From positions 5,952,001 through 6,016,000 of the forward strand of contig JAQFVV010000003.1 of assembly GCA_028023455.1 (NCBI GenBank): 64,000 bases of DNA, written 5' to 3'. Each line of letters starts with the position of its first letter. Position 1 is the first letter of the stretch. Position numbers and translations under genes: made by a program. Shown piece after piece: positions 1 to 13,960 of the stretch. Below the pieces are notes generated by a model. It was not told the origin of the DNA and did no database searches. It was given only the letters and a program-made list of their open reading frames with translations. Source of the stretch: Epiperipatus broadwayi. Lineage: Eukaryota > Animalia > Onychophora.

Positions 1-1225
1 AATTGGTGTGCTTCCATTGAGAATGAATTAGTCCTTTGCAATGTCTTGTTTAATGCTAATAAACCTGAAAATGCATTTTGAAGAATCACACATATTACTT
101 AATATTGTGGGTTTTTGAGAGCTTTTTAAACAATACTTATTTATTGGGTCATTGAATAATTCAACTTGTTCTGTGCAGTAATTTATTTAAATGTAATAAC
201 TTCTTACCAGGGTATTCAGTACAAAATATCTAAATATTTATCTTACATCACTGAGAGATCTGAATGATATAACATCAATTTCTGAAATGTTGGCCAAATT
301 CTTTATATTTTCAATTTTTATAGATAATCCATTAAACATTGTATATATTGTCCTTTAAAAAATTTCAATTTTCTTAATAAATGGAACCTTTTTCTGTGCA
401 TCATATATCATAGTGCTATTGACTCAAATGTGAAATATTGTCTCATAGACAAGCTGCCACATCATTTGTTTTTCCTAACAATACAGTGGTAAACATAACC
501 ATTTTTTTAAAATCAGGTTATTCTCTCTATAAAACTTTTTACTTCTATGTATATATAAGCTTAATAATACTGACAAATTTTGTATGATATCTGGATTCAA
601 ATTTTGATCAGTATTTTATTTATATATAATTTTTTTCTACCGAAATATCTCTGTTCTTTCATCAATTGACAAACAATGAAATTAAGATGTCTGACCTTCA
701 CTAATAATTTTCTTATGTATGATTAAATTTATACATTCTATAAATTCAAAGAAATAATTCTTGCTATACCATGATTTGACAACATTAACAAATTTTCCTA
801 CATGTCCATGTATAAACTGAACAGAGAGCATTGATGAATTGATGATAATTTCTAAGATAACATTTTCTATTAGAACTTCTATCACATTTTTGTCCATTTT
901 TTTATGTTCATTGTTTTCTAATCTGAGATTACAATCTTCCAAATTTTCAATTAAAATTATTGAAATTCCTTCATTGATTTTATTTTGGATGACAATAACT
1001 GAGTCGTATGAATTTTTGACTTAAATGCCACTTTAAATAGTTTATTTTCCATTCAACCTATATTTTACTTGAAATAAATTTACCTTTTAAATTTGTCTGA
1101 CAAAATTTTTTACATATGACATCATCTGTATTGCTTTGGTCACTAAAAACATCCTTAAGTTTAATATAGTTTAATAATTGATTTAACTTCAACTAATTTA
1201 AAAAGCTAATTTTTTTTTTTACATG

Positions 1226-1279
1226 TGTCAAAGCATCGCCCGGGAAGTGAACCCAGGACAATTGCTTGTAAGGCAGCTA
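1226..1279 (-). pseudogene. 5'-truncated tRNA-Gly(TCC)-derived copy (tRNA pseudogene / SINE-like)
   Basis: Minus strand reads TAGCTGCCTTACAAGCAATTGTCCTGGGTTCACTTCCCGGGCGATGC-TTTGACA, matching the anticodon arm to 3' end of eukaryotic tRNA-Gly(TCC) with substitutions. Same TTTGACA trailer and A-run as the copy at 45461-45544. Confidence 0.7.
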
Positions 1280-3803
1280 AATTGATTTGATGAAGATTAG
1301 ATTGACTTGCTGAACATTTCAATATTTGTAAAGTCTAAAATAAAATATTTATATTTTGGATGATTTTTTTTAATTACAAAAATAAAAAAAAGTCCCATTG
1401 CACATTAAACATCCTGTTGGCAGAGGAAAGGCAGAATTCCATCATCTCTATTATGTATAGGCCAAAATGTAATAGTATTGGAATCTATTTTTAGTTCTTT
1501 CAGGTGAGACACTGTACCTATATATTGAAGTCCTCATAGCAATACCCTTGTCTCCACTGTATGTACAGATCAATTCTATTTATTAATTCTTTTTATCAAA
1601 ATTAACAATCTGGATTCAATTTTATGTTTAAAGATAAAAACAAATGAATGAATACTTCAAATATTGGAATGTCTAGAGTTTGAAAAAAACACTGAGTAGC
1701 ATGACGGCTTTCAAAATTACTGTACACACTGCACAGTTTAGAGGGAACATTGGTCATATCCTCCACAGACATCTTTTTAAGGGCTTGCTTTTCTATTCAA
1801 GAGGTAATTGAATATTTTTCTAGTAGACTATAACCATAATTTTATATAAATTGTAAACATATATCATATTAATAAAAAAAATCATAAGTGTTCCTGTTTA
1901 TTTTATATTAATTTTGTTATCTACTATAACTCACCTTTTAAATTTTAAAATGTTCTTTTTTTGCTTTGGTTGAAGTTTTAATCTTGTTATGTGACAATAT
2001 TTGCAGTGCTGCTCTGCAATGAATTTTTAAAATAAAATTCATTAACCAACTGGTGGCAGGTGTGATCCAGTTAAAACATCTGTATAATAGTACTACTAAT
2101 TAAACAAATGAGCCCAGATAATGTTATTTATATTACCCATGCAAATCTTTAATATACATATATATATATAGCTTTTTTAATATTTTACAACATGAATTAA
2201 AATCACACATTTAAAAAAATAGATTAATTCTGGATTTAAAGATTCAGATAAGTTTAAAGTCCTCTTGCACTGTTCTACAAATAGAAATTAAAAAAATGAT
2301 AACAATGGAAAATTTACAATTTTCTTAATAATTTTCTTTACTAATTTAGCATTGTGTAGTTCACATACTGACAGAGGGGCAAACTCCTAAATTTATTTTC
2401 ATTTGGGAAAGGTAAAAAAAAAATCTCAGTCACCTGAAGGGAAGTGTTATGATTAACCTGTCACTTGGGTGCTTGAATATTTGTAATCACCTGACCAACT
2501 GGCCACATATTTATAAATATAATTTAATGAGTTGGGTTCCCTTGGAAAATCATGTAACAAATGAGCACTGGAAGTGATAAGGTGAACTTCAATTCAGAGA
2601 TTTTTTAGCCTTTAAATTGTCACTCTATAACTGCATTGAACAAAGCAGGTTATACAATTCTTATTATTTAATACTAATTTATATTTATGGCATTTGTTTC
2701 ATTTATATTACTTGTGATATCTGATAATTTAAATTAATGTTTTGTATTGAGAAACTATCTCACTCAATTATATATACTAATATTTTACAGAAATTTGCAT
2801 AGTTTTTATCTCAATAATATCTGACATTCTAAATAAAGAACTACTTCCCATGACTAATATTCTTCAAAAGTGATGCTTCTATTGTTAGTTCACTGTTGTA
2901 GATTTTCATCCTGAAATCAAGTTGAGGTTATGCAACAGAATAATAAAATAATAAAGCAGATTTCTATTAAAAAACAATGTACTCAGAATCACTTTATTAC
3001 TGAAAGCCAGATTATTTTACAAACATATTTTGGTTTTAGACACGTGTTTGCTCAGTCCAGGTTAACCTGAAATCTTAACATAATTTACTACAGCATCTCA
3101 ATTTTATATTATTATTGGTTGTTCTTTGGGAATTTTGTTTTAAACTTGCATTCAAGTAGACAAGTTACATGCCCTTAATAACAAATACATTATTAATATT
3201 TACTTACAACAATTTATTCTGTATCATCACTTCATGCTGAAATATTTTTCTGTATTAATTTTTCACACAAGAAAAATAATGACTATGTAAATGTTTTTGC
3301 ATTAAAATCTTATGTTGTAGGTATTTTTTAGCTCTATGGTGTTAAAAATAGATTCAAAAGCTAAATGTTTTTAAAATGATTCAAACTGAAATTTTAAAAA
3401 AAATTAGTCAATCGAATTCTGTAATTTTTATGCTTAAATGTGGTATTGTTATATATAGTTATAGAGTAATAATAATTGATAACAATTATAGATTGTCAAG
3501 CTGATTTCTTAACTAAAAAAACTAGCGTATATAAAACAAAACAAGTCATATGGATTTCAAACTACTCCAGAAATAGAGAGAAAGAAAATAAAACTGAGAT
3601 GCGACAGGTATATAAACAAAAGACAAAAAACTGAGTCTTTTTTCTGCTACAGTGCTGGCAGGTGTGTGTTTAAGAGGACAGATTATCCCAGATAATTGGT
3701 GCCTGTAGGCAATCCAGCTGACTAGAACCTTAAACAGATCATACTGATCTTTTATTATTTTGCAATGCCCAATTGGGCTCTTTGTGGATAATAAATTGAT
3801 GCC

Positions 3804-5250
3804 TGTCACAGGTGGAGTGAACTGTACTTATAAACTTTTAACTTTTGGTATGTGGGGAGCATTAGGATATTAAGATCCCCAACTGTTGTAGTTAGTTCTC
3901 CATATTATATTGTATATTAACTATATTATATTAAACTATTATATTTCACACCTGTTTCTGTTTACTAAACCTAAGTTAACATTGCTGATTACTAGGCAAA
4001 AGCTGAGACACAGCAAATAAAGTGGTGCAGTTGACAGGATCTTGTAAACAGGGGAGGGAAGATTTAGAAGGATAGCAGTTAATAGCAAAAATTGAACGGG
4101 TTAGATTTGTACTAAAAATATATTCTATTGGTCAAAATAGCATAGGAAAATTCAGGGTAGATAACATGTCAGAATGGCCATTATATATAACCCAAATAGA
4201 ATTTTTTTTTCTTTGAATGGGATAGATGATAATAAAAAAAAAAACTTGCAGCACTCATATGTTTCGCAGGTAAGAGGGTAATCGAAGTTATAAGTAAATA
4301 TTTTGAATTACCATTGCCTGAAAAGGTTAAATATGAAAAAGTAATTAAAAAAATTAAACAAACATTTTAGCCCACATCCCTCCCATTATAGGAAGCAACT
4401 AAAGGGTGAGAAAATAAAGGGAGTATAATTTGGCTTTGAAAGAACTAGCTAAAGATTGTGGGTATAGCGATTTTGTAGAGGAAATCCTTATGGATCAATT
4501 ACTCTGGGGGATAGTGGATGACAGGCTTAGGCAACAATTGTTAGTAGAACCAGAATTAACATATGAAATGGCCATTAAGAAGGGCATGGCATATGAGTTC
4601 ATTTTGGAGCAAGCTCAGGCTTATAGAGCAAGGTCAGAAAAGAAAGCAAAAATGGGCATTTTCAAGACAAATAGTGAGAACGGTAGCTCTCGTGAGTCAA
4701 AAGGTAAAAAAATACTAAAATTACTTGTTACTGTTGTGGTAAATTAGGCTATATGAAGAAAGTGTGCAAATGAAACAAAAAATCATGTTTCAAATGTGGT
4801 AAAAAGGGACATTTAGCGCTAGTGTAACAAAGAGGGTAGGGAGAGAAATTGATAAAAAAAAAACACACAATTAAAAATCTATATGTGAAAGAGATACATC
4901 AGTTCATGATTAAAGTTAAAATTCAGGAAAAGGAAATATAAATGGAAATAGACAGTGGATCAGTAAGTTTGTCAGCAATTAATTTAAAGAGTTCGCTAGA
5001 GAAAACAAGTATTAGAGCGAACGACGTAAATGGCCACGCGCTTAAAATTTGTGGCCAGGTTACAGTGCCAATTAAGTATAACGGTAAAAAACTAAATATA
5101 CGGTTATATATTGTAAAAGCAAAAATTAACCCCATTATAGGGAAAGATTGGTTCCATGAATTAGAAATACAAATTAATATTATAAAAGGGATTCCTGTTT
5201 ATTATTGTTACTTCTCTTTAACATTTATGCATGTACATACTTAAAGAAAA
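3804..5250 (+). mobile_element. Truncated, decayed Ty3/Gypsy (Mag-like) LTR retrotransposon: 5' LTR, PBS, gag, protease
   Basis: Candidate LTR starts TGTCACA at 3804 and ends near 4021. Frameshifted gag from about 4166 (SEWPLYITQIEFFF...; LKELAKDCGYSDFVEEILMDQLLWGIVDDRLRQQLL). Two CCHC knuckles at about 4726 (CYCCGKLGYMKKVC) and 4786 (CFKCGKKGH). Aspartic protease motif MEIDSGS in ORF 4942-5244. RT, integrase and 3' LTR absent. Confidence 0.85.
4023..4040 (+). promoter_or_regulatory. Primer-binding site, probably tRNA-Ser
   Basis: TGGTGCAGTTGACAGGAT directly after the candidate LTR. It differs from the tRNA-Ser 3'-end complement TGGCGCAGTCGGCAGGAT (recalled) by three transitions, two of them CpG-type. 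Confidence 0.65.
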
Positions 5251-5765
5251 CTCAGACAGTTCACTACTTATATAAATCCTAATTATATATTTCTAAACTT
5301 ATGTGAATAATCCTCAGCATATACAAAGTGTAAAAAAAAATGTTTTTATTGTTGTGCATATGAGAACATAGCCTTCGCCTTCAGTTTTTGCTTGCCTCAT
5401 GAAGATAAATATCTCTCATGGCACATATAATGCTTAATTTCCTTTTTAGAAAAAAAAATTTTTTTTTTTTCATATTCAACACTATGTCTTTGTTAAATAT
5501 AAATCTGAATGGAAAATCAGATAGGTGGGTGTAAAATTCAGCTTAAGAAAAATACAATATGAGACTTCGAAGAACAACACAGTTTTTTTTTTTGTATATT
5601 ATTAATTGAACAAAGCAACTTAAAACTCATTTTATTTATAAAATTCATCTATGGTTAAACAACTTATCAGGTTTTATCAAACAAAACATCACGACTTTTT
5701 TTCATATAATTAATATCTACATTAATGCCAGAAGTCACTATATTTTAGAGTCATTGTGTAAGAAT

Positions 5766-5912
5766 GAGTAATCAATGGTATCAAATAGTAGTATTATCCA
5801 GATTCTTAGATTAGTTTCTAATGAAATAAAATATCCAGAAACTTATTTATGGATTTGGTTAGCACTGCTATCTGGTGTCCAATAATCACTCATGCTTACA
5901 TTGATTACTCTG
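5766..5912. repeat. Heavily eroded inverted-repeat copy of HHR family B
   Basis: GAGTAATCAATGG (5766-5778) and its reverse complement CATTGATTACTC(TG) (5899-5912), plus GATTAGTTTCT (5809) and CAGAAACT (5836), match blocks of the 36945-37288 element in the same order. Confidence 0.45.
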
Positions 5913-7620
5913 AAGAAGAGTGAATTACTGCTGTTATTAGATTCTATATGGCATAGCACTGTCTTACATTTTTGTTTAAATTTCTACTCCAATAATTATT
6001 TCCTAATTTCAACTATTTTAGCTATTCTTTAAATCATAATTAAAAATTAATCATGACATTTAAACCTTAGCTACACTTTAATTAATTAATAAGTATTGTA
6101 AAATAAGAAAAAGTAGACACGATTTATCATAATTTGAGATAAAAACAAGTCTGTTTTTTTTTTTCCTTTCTTTATTCTAATTAAAATAAAATTAAAAATA
6201 TATAATCATAATAAATGGATTTTTTTTCTTTCTGGGTTATAGAAAAATTACCCTTTATTTTTAAAATACATTTTTTTGTGTCTGTGTGATTAAAATACAA
6301 ATAGCTCAAATAAAAACCACTTTAAACCAAATAATTTTAAGATCAAGTTTTACAATTTAGTTCAGTTATTAGAGTGGCAGATCAAAAACTAAAACTTGGT
6401 AGATTACTTCCCAATTGCAAAAAGTCAAGAGAAAGATTATCCTGCTGACCACTTTAGTACTTCATAGTTATATAATCTCATGAGGAACTGATTGTGTCAT
6501 TAAAAAAAAATCAATATATATATACAATAACAACAAAAATAAATTAGAAAATGGGTTGTAAATAAAAAGTACAACAGTTTCAATAAAAGTATGTTTTCTA
6601 TATATATATATATATCAATAAATGGCAGCACAGTATAATATAAATAATACATATGTTCAGTTTCAGTGGAAATAATACATGTGTTCAGTTTCAGTGGTTG
6701 TCTTTACTAGTTAAAAAATAGCAATTGTATTTAAAAAGTATATATTTAAAAAATAGGATGGTGTTATGATATCCACTATATTTTGTTTCAATCTCACCCC
6801 CTCCCTGAGTGTTAAGCATCATATATAATAGCTCACATTTTATTGATGAGATTAATGATTACAGTAAAATACATATTGTTTACTGAACTGCACATGTACA
6901 GTACTTTTCAACATGTCCATATATATATATTGTAATCTTATATTTGGTATCAAATATATAGCTTGGTGGAACTGATTTAAATTTTCTCTATCTTCTTCTA
7001 AGTGACTTAATTACCATAGTTCGCATTTTGTATATACTTGATGCCTGTATTCAAGTTGACTCAATGATGAGATTATGTAATTTCATTTTTCTTTTGCTTA
7101 CTACTTTTTTTTTCCAGCATTGGTTTTGCCCTTTTCCAATCACTGAGTTGGACAAGCTGTGTTTAACATGCAAAACCAACAACATATTATATCAAATTTA
7201 ATAAGATATAAATAATAATGATAATTATTTGGTTTCCCTTTAACTAATCCTAAATATTACTTTTAGTTTAATTAGGATGATTTATTTAATTATCTTGAAT
7301 TAGTCAATAGAATATAATAAATACATTTTTTTCTTTTTTAATAGAAATATGTTAATGAGAAGAAATGTAATTGGATGAAAGGGAAAGAAAATGTTCAGAG
7401 ATTTATTTTTTTAAAAAATGGGAATAGAGATGATAAATATGTAAAAATTTCTGCTGTTAAACATGTAACAAATATGAAAACTATTCTTTAAAATTAAGGA
7501 CAAAGAAAGAAATTAAATCAAAATTTTCTTATATAATTCAAATTTGGGATGTTATTGTGGGTTAATAACAATATGAGTAGCTAAATTTAAACAGATCTGT
7601 TCAAGCCTGCTAACCAATAA

Positions 7621-9600
7621 CACTGGGAAACAAAATTTTTGTTGCATCCACAAAAACATTTGTTCTTACTTAATCTGAGTATGCTGATCTCAAATCTGAC
7701 ATTAATTTTTCTCTGCAAGCTACAGGTTTTTTGTAATTCAAGATTTTAGGTTTTCATCTTATTGTAAAATTGCCAACATTTAGTTTAACATAATGAAGTA
7801 GAATGTCTTCTTGGGCATCATCTTTGTAAAAATATAATAATTTATATAAATGCAGTAAATACACTAATACACTGAAAGATATGATTGCATCAAAATTTGT
7901 TTACAATTTTGAAATAGAACAAATTAAAACATTTTAATCATAAAATTTGTGCAAAACTTATTTAAATTCTATTCAGGCAAACATTTGTGTTGTAGCTCTT
8001 GCATTTGTGTACTTGAGGACAATCTTGTTTGATGCTCCAGCAGTAGTCTTCTATCATATTTCTGTCCATCATCCCTTATAATGCTCTTTCATTGTCTTCA
8101 GATCTTGATGAAAGTGATCTCCCTGCTCATCACTAACAGTTCCAAGATTTTCGGGAAACTTATCAAGGTGACTGTTCAGGAAGTGAATCTTAACACTCAT
8201 GTTACATCCAATGTCACAGAAAGTTAGCAGCATCATTTGAGTCAGAAGTTTATAGTTTTCTGCTTTTTTGTTGCCATGGAAAATCTTTGTAACTGTCACA
8301 AAAGACTTCCATGCTGCTTTCTCCTCCTTATTCATCTTCCTGAAAAATTCTTCATCATGTATGAGGATTCTAATTTGAGGTCCATCGAATACACCTGCTT
8401 TTGTCTTCTCGAAAGACAAGGCAGAAAAGCAGAAATAATATGTTAAAAGCATTCACATTCTCTACTCAAGCCTGAAAAAAACTGCTTCATTAAGCCATGT
8501 TTGATGTGAAGTCGGGGGTGGGGAATGGTTCTGTCTCAATTAACTACAGGTTCATTAACAATATTTTGCATCCCTACTTCCAGAGCTTCACATTTCGGCC
8601 ACTCCTTCTGAGCTGAGTATTTCTTCCAAGCTCAGCTGTGACACAAATACAGAAAGCAAGGACACTTTGTGAAACTTCTCTGTTGTCTTAGTAGAAAATT
8701 TACCATTTTAAGATTCACATAAATGATCCAGTTATGCTCCTCATACTTCAGTAAGTCAAGGACAATTTTTACATCATTATAATCTTCTTGCAGATGAATT
8801 GAATGACCAATTGGAACTGCTACATAAACATTACCATTGTGTAAAAGAACACATTTCAGACTCCATTTACAGCTGTCAAGAAATTGCTGCCATTCTGTTG
8901 GACTGTAAGAGGTAACACCTAGCTGTCTGAGAAGACTACTGACATCTTGACAGTAAAAAAAAGTGTTGTCTTTGGAGAATGGGATACTTTAGCTGATCAG
9001 TGAAGTACATTCTTTTTTTGAAACCTGGAGGCTAATAACTCAGCTGCTTTCTTTGATAGGCCCAAATCTCTTACTAAGTCATTCAATTCAGGTTGGCTAA
9101 ACTGCTGAGGGGTTAATGACTGCTTGGCATCAGAAGAGAACCCTTCAGATCCTACAACCATTTTCTCATGCATCTTATCAAAATACACTTGATCACCATG
9201 TTCACTTCCTTTGTCTTTAGAAGAAATAAAACCATTGAAAACTGAAACCAGGAGTATCTCAGAGTGTGGAATAGGTCATATTGCTGAAGGAATATTAGGA
9301 TATGCGATCATATGCCATTTTTTTTTGTCGATGCCCTTTGTATGAATCATACATAAATGTCACTTCTGTGGTCCTTAGGTTCATGCCAAACCATGGGAAT
9401 GCCAAAAGGCATTCCCTTGCATTTTCCTTTTGTCCAGTCATGAAGCATTCCCTCACAATGATGAAAATAAAATAGCAGTCTCTTTATCAGCAAACTACAG
9501 CCTTTCTAGTTGCATTGAAGTTTTCAATGTAAACTGAATAAACATTAATAAATGTGATGATATACAGCATTCTGAGATGAAAAAATGGCTTCTTCCATAT
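7621..9600 (-). mobile_element. Decayed Chapaev-3-like (CMC superfamily) DNA transposon
   Basis: Minus-strand remnants: PFGIPMVWHEPKDHRSD...YPNIPSAI*PIPHS (about 9260-9409), LTPQQFSQPELNDLVRDLGLSKKAAELLASR (8997-9188), KAGVFDGPQIR...NMSVKIHFLNSHLDKFPENLGTVSDEQGDHFHQD (8069-8452). One terminus CACTGGGAAACAAAA at 7621; opposite TIR not found. Family name is from recalled motif similarity. Confidence 0.75.
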
Positions 9601-10672
9601 TATAAAATTTATTAAATTTACAAATTTTAGTGTTTTTAATTTTTGTTTATTTACATTTTTTTTTTTTTTGGATAGTATTTAATTGAAGTAATGTATATTG
9701 ATAGAGCATATATTGCGGCTTCATTGTAGTACATTAATTATCTTTTTTTGTAAACAAAAGAACTTCCTGAGACTAGTCCTTTGTTGTGCTTCAACTGCTT
9801 GTCATTGTTAAACTATTCATAATTAAGTTTAAAAAAAATGTATATAAATGATTGAGAAATATAACATAATGGGATTAGCCTATCAACATCAGTAGAGATT
9901 CTGCCAAAACACGAATCAATTTTTTTTGAGATTCGTATAATTACTCAATTATTCTATATAACAATCTGGAATTTTCTTTAAATATGAATTTTATAACTTT
10001 TGTTAAAAGGTGTTGAGATCTATCAAAAACATAACACTTAATCATAGTTAGTGATAGTTCTGTCTTTAACAATCATTGGTAGATTTTCCTGTGTTCAAGA
10101 TTTATTATAAAGCAATATATACATCTTACTAAAATGTTCAATATTTAAACTGTTTTAGTAATTTTTTACATTAATATATATTATAAATTGATGGTTATAA
10201 TATTACATAAAATATTTAGAAGTATGAGTTCTTTCACTCATCATATGATAAATAATATACCACAATGCTAATGCTCACATTACTAAGTAAAGAAAAAAGA
10301 CTTTGTTCTGCAACAAAAAACATATATGAAAAAAAATTTACACTAGCAAATGTGAAAATAAAATTGTATTCATTACAAATATACACAAACATTTAAGTGA
10401 ATTTGATTTAACTTAAAGTTTTTAAGGCAGAGACTTGTTGCAAATTTATAATTTACATATTAAAACTGCTTTTGGTATTTCTCAAAATTATTGACAAATA
10501 AATACACAGTGACTATACTTTGAAATATTAATGTAATCCAAATTCTTTTAGTTATGCATTATGCACATCTGTAATGAAAACTGTCTAAATTTATTTTTAT
10601 ATAATTTCTTCATAATAGATGACATAAGTCACTTTTGAATTTTAATGTAGTGAGACACACACACACATATAT

Positions 10673-13600
10673 ATCATCATCATCATCAACCATTATCAAT
10701 CCATTGCAGGATGAAGGTCTCTCCAAGTTTAATCCATCTTTTCCGATCTTTAGCTTCTCTTCTCCGCATCACCCCTGCACACTTTCTTATTTCATCCATC
10801 CATCTCATATGTGGTCTCTTTTTGGGTCTTTTACAATCTCTTGGAATCCAGTTTAAAATTTCAATTGTCCATCTATTATCATCTCTTCTAGCAATATGTC
10901 CAGCCCAACTCCACTTCAATCTTTTAATTTTTTCAATGAGGTCAGTAACACCTGTTTGTTCTCTTACCCATACATTGCATTTTCGATCTCTTCTTGTTAC
11001 TCCCAACATGCATCTCTCCATACTTCTTTGAGTGGTCTGAAGTCTCTGTCCAAGTCTCAGATCCATAAGTAAGAACTGGTAAAACACATTTGTTAAAAAC
11101 CTTCCTTTTCAAACACATAGGCATATTTCATTTTAGTATCAAGTTATTTCTAACAAAAGCACTCCAACCAAGTTTAATTCTATGATTAATTTCTTCCATT
11201 ATGTTTCCATCTGTATTAATAATCTGACCAAGGTATTTGTAACTGTTAGCTTCTTCTAATTCATCATAATCAATCTTTATTTTCATATTTCGAGAAAATC
11301 GATTAAACATTACTTTAGTCTTTTTAACATTTATCTTTAATCCTACTTTCATCTGATAATTCCTGCAACATATCCTGCAGCTCTGAAGCATTATTTGCAA
11401 AAACAACTACATCATCTGTGAAATCTAAATGACTTAAATAATCTCCATTTACTTTCACTCCTTTAGTTTCCCATTTTAATCCACAAAATACTTCTTGCAG
11501 CACTGCCGTAAAAAGTTTTGGAGATATGGAGTCATCTTGTCTTACACCTTTCTCAATGTTGACACTTTCCCAGTATCATTATGTAATCTAATTGTTGCTG
11601 TTGCATTTTTATAAAAATTGTTCAAAATATGACAATATCCTGATGATCCAATGCTTTAATCACTGAAGAAATGTTTATAGAATCAAATGCCTTTTCATAA
11701 TCTACAAATCCAAAACATAATGACAACTCATATTCATTCATCCTTTCTATAACTTCTCTCAACACCTGGATGTGATCTACTGTACTAAAACCACTTTTAA
11801 ATCCAGCTTGTTCTCTTGGTTGGTGGAAATCCAATGTTCTCTGTAGACGAATTGTAATTATCTTGGTAAAAATTTTATATAAAACTGATAAAAGGCTGAT
11901 AGGTCTGTAATTTCTAATATCTTCTTTATTACCTTTTTTAAATATTAATATTATTACTGCATTCTTCCAATCATCCGGTACATCTTTATTATTTAGACAT
12001 TTGGTATATAACTGTGCTAAAAAATTTTCTATTTCTTCACCTGCTTCTTTTAATATATCAATTATAATTCCATCATTACCTGGAGCCTTTCCTTTCTTCA
12101 TACATTTAATTGCGTATCTCACTTCTTCATTTAAAATTCTGGGCAATTCGGAAGATGTAATAGATATAAGAGGTACTTGTTCTTTATTACTATATAATTT
12201 TTGATAAAAATCTTCTACCAATTTCATGATGTCATCTCTCTTTTTAGTAACAATTCCCTCTTTTTTTCTTATTGCAGATATAAATTTCCTACCAATACCA
12301 ATATGTTGTTTTACATTCTTAAGACTTTTATTTTCTTCTACAGCTTTTCTTGCTAGTTCACAGTTATACTTTCTTATATCATTTTCAACTCTTTTCCGCT
12401 TCATGATGTCATCTTTCTTTTTAGTAACAATTCCCTCTTTTTTTCTTATTGCAGATATAAATTTCCTACCAATACCAATATGTTGTTTTACATTCTTAAG
12501 AATTTTATTTTCTTCTACAGCTTTTCTTGCTAGTTCACAGTTATACTTTCTTATATCATTTTCAACTCTTTTCCGCACCATTTTACAAAATTCGAGATAG
12601 TCAATTCTTTTTAATGCATCATTTTTGTATATCTTCATATTCCTTTTTTTCTACATAAATTCTCTAGTCTCAGTAGAAATTTTATTGGTCAATTGCTGCT
12701 TTTTTCTACCAGCTACTTTTGTTGCAGTTTTTAAAAGTGTATCAGTTATTTTCATATTAATTTCATTCAAATCTGAATCGTGTTCAAAATCTACTAATAC
12801 TTGAAACCGATTTGTAAGTTCTAATTTAAATTCATTAGAATGTTTCTGAAGATTAGGAATATCAACTGTAAATATTGTTTTTCTTAATAATTTTTGTCTC
12901 TCTAGTTTCACATTAACACGTATCTTACACCTTACTAATCGATGATCACTTCCTGTGTTAAATTTATTAAGAACATTACAATCTTGAAATATGTATTTCC
13001 TGTTAGTCAAAATATAATCCAATTCTGCTGTACCTTCATTTGGATGCTTCCATGTCAATTTCCTTTTAACATTTTTCTCAAAAAAAAGAATTCATAATAT
13101 AAAGTTTTTCTTTTTCTGCAAATTCCACAAGTCTATGTCCTCTCTCATTTCTATTACCATAACCAAAATTACCTACAGCACTTTCATCTTTCATTTGTTT
13201 ACCAATTCTAGCATTAAAGTCTCCCATAACAATTTTAAAATGTTGTTTACTCTGTTCAAAAGCCTTTTGTACATCCATATAAAAATCTACTACTTCATCA
13301 CTATGAGAACTTGTTGGGGCATAAACCTTAATTATCTGCATTTGGTATCTGCTATTAAGTTGTATAACTAATCTTGCCACTCTGTCCGATACATCATCAA
13401 TCTCCACAATATTGTTCTTCCACTTTTTATTTATAATGAATCCTACTCCACTTGTATTTCCAATATTTGTGCCTTTATAATAGAGTATATGTCCACTTTT
13501 TAAATCAATTGTCTCTTCACCTTTTCTTCTAACTTCACAAAGTCCAATAATGTCCCATTTAATATAAGAGAGTTCTTCTTCTAATTCTTGCAATCTTCCT

Positions 13601-13960
13601 TCACTTGAAAGTGATCTGCAGTTGTAAGTACCTAAATAAAAAGTCATCATCAAATGGTAGCCTGGGTCCACAATCAGGGGATTCTTAGCACCCTCCACCT
13701 TCAGCCACCAACTGCTGCCTTGGTTGGTGACTTTACAGCCTCCTGGGAATAAGGGCCATGCTTTATTTTTGTCTGTCATAATTGTATGTATGTATTGGAA
13801 AAATATTTATCATTTGCACAAACATTCATTCTGCCTTATCAGGCACTGAGAAGAAAGACCATGGTGTTTCTCACTCTTAAACTCAGAGGTAAAAAGCCAA
13901 TAAACTCACCACGCTGGCTAATGTGTGTTGGTGAGCAGCCCATCCATGTTTGTATACTAT
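10673..13960 (-). mobile_element. Near full-length, inactivated RTE-clade non-LTR retrotransposon (APE endonuclease + RT)
   Basis: APE motifs YLGTYNCRSL, WDIIGLCEVRR, GDFNA (13078-13779). RT motifs APGNDG, NYRPISLL, EQAGFKSG, FVDYEKAFDS (11622-12638), catalytic FTDD at 11411-11422, YKYLG. C-terminal LKWSWAGHIARRDDNRWT (10686-11087). (GAT)5 3' tail at 10673-10687. Several stops and frameshifts. Confidence 0.93.
12223..12576. repeat. 177-bp in-frame tandem duplication inside the RTE ORF
   Basis: 12223-12399 and 12400-12576 differ at two positions I could see. The duplication appears as a 59-aa repeat (KRVENDIRKYNCELARK...) in ORF 11622-12638. Confidence 0.95.

Noticed and set aside
1678-1752. 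hAT-like terminal sequences (minus strand CAGTGTTTTT..TCAAAC and CAATGTTCCCTCTAA)
   Set aside because: Recalled resemblance only; no matching opposite TIR or 8-bp TSD.
8237-13371. Plus-strand ORFs 8237-8446, 10635-10856, 10711-11031, 12001-12204, 12226-12600 and 13135-13371 (likewise 58147-58665)
   Set aside because: Antisense shadows of minus-strand TE coding sequence, with F/L/I/S-rich composition.
13905-13940. Possible HDV-like ribozyme in the RTE 5' UTR (minus strand GGCTG-CTCACCA...TAGCC...TGGTGAG pseudoknot-like pairing)
   Set aside because: RTE elements can carry HDV-like ribozymes, but I could not fit P3/L3, P1.1 or the J4/2 catalytic C. A structure-descriptor search would be needed.
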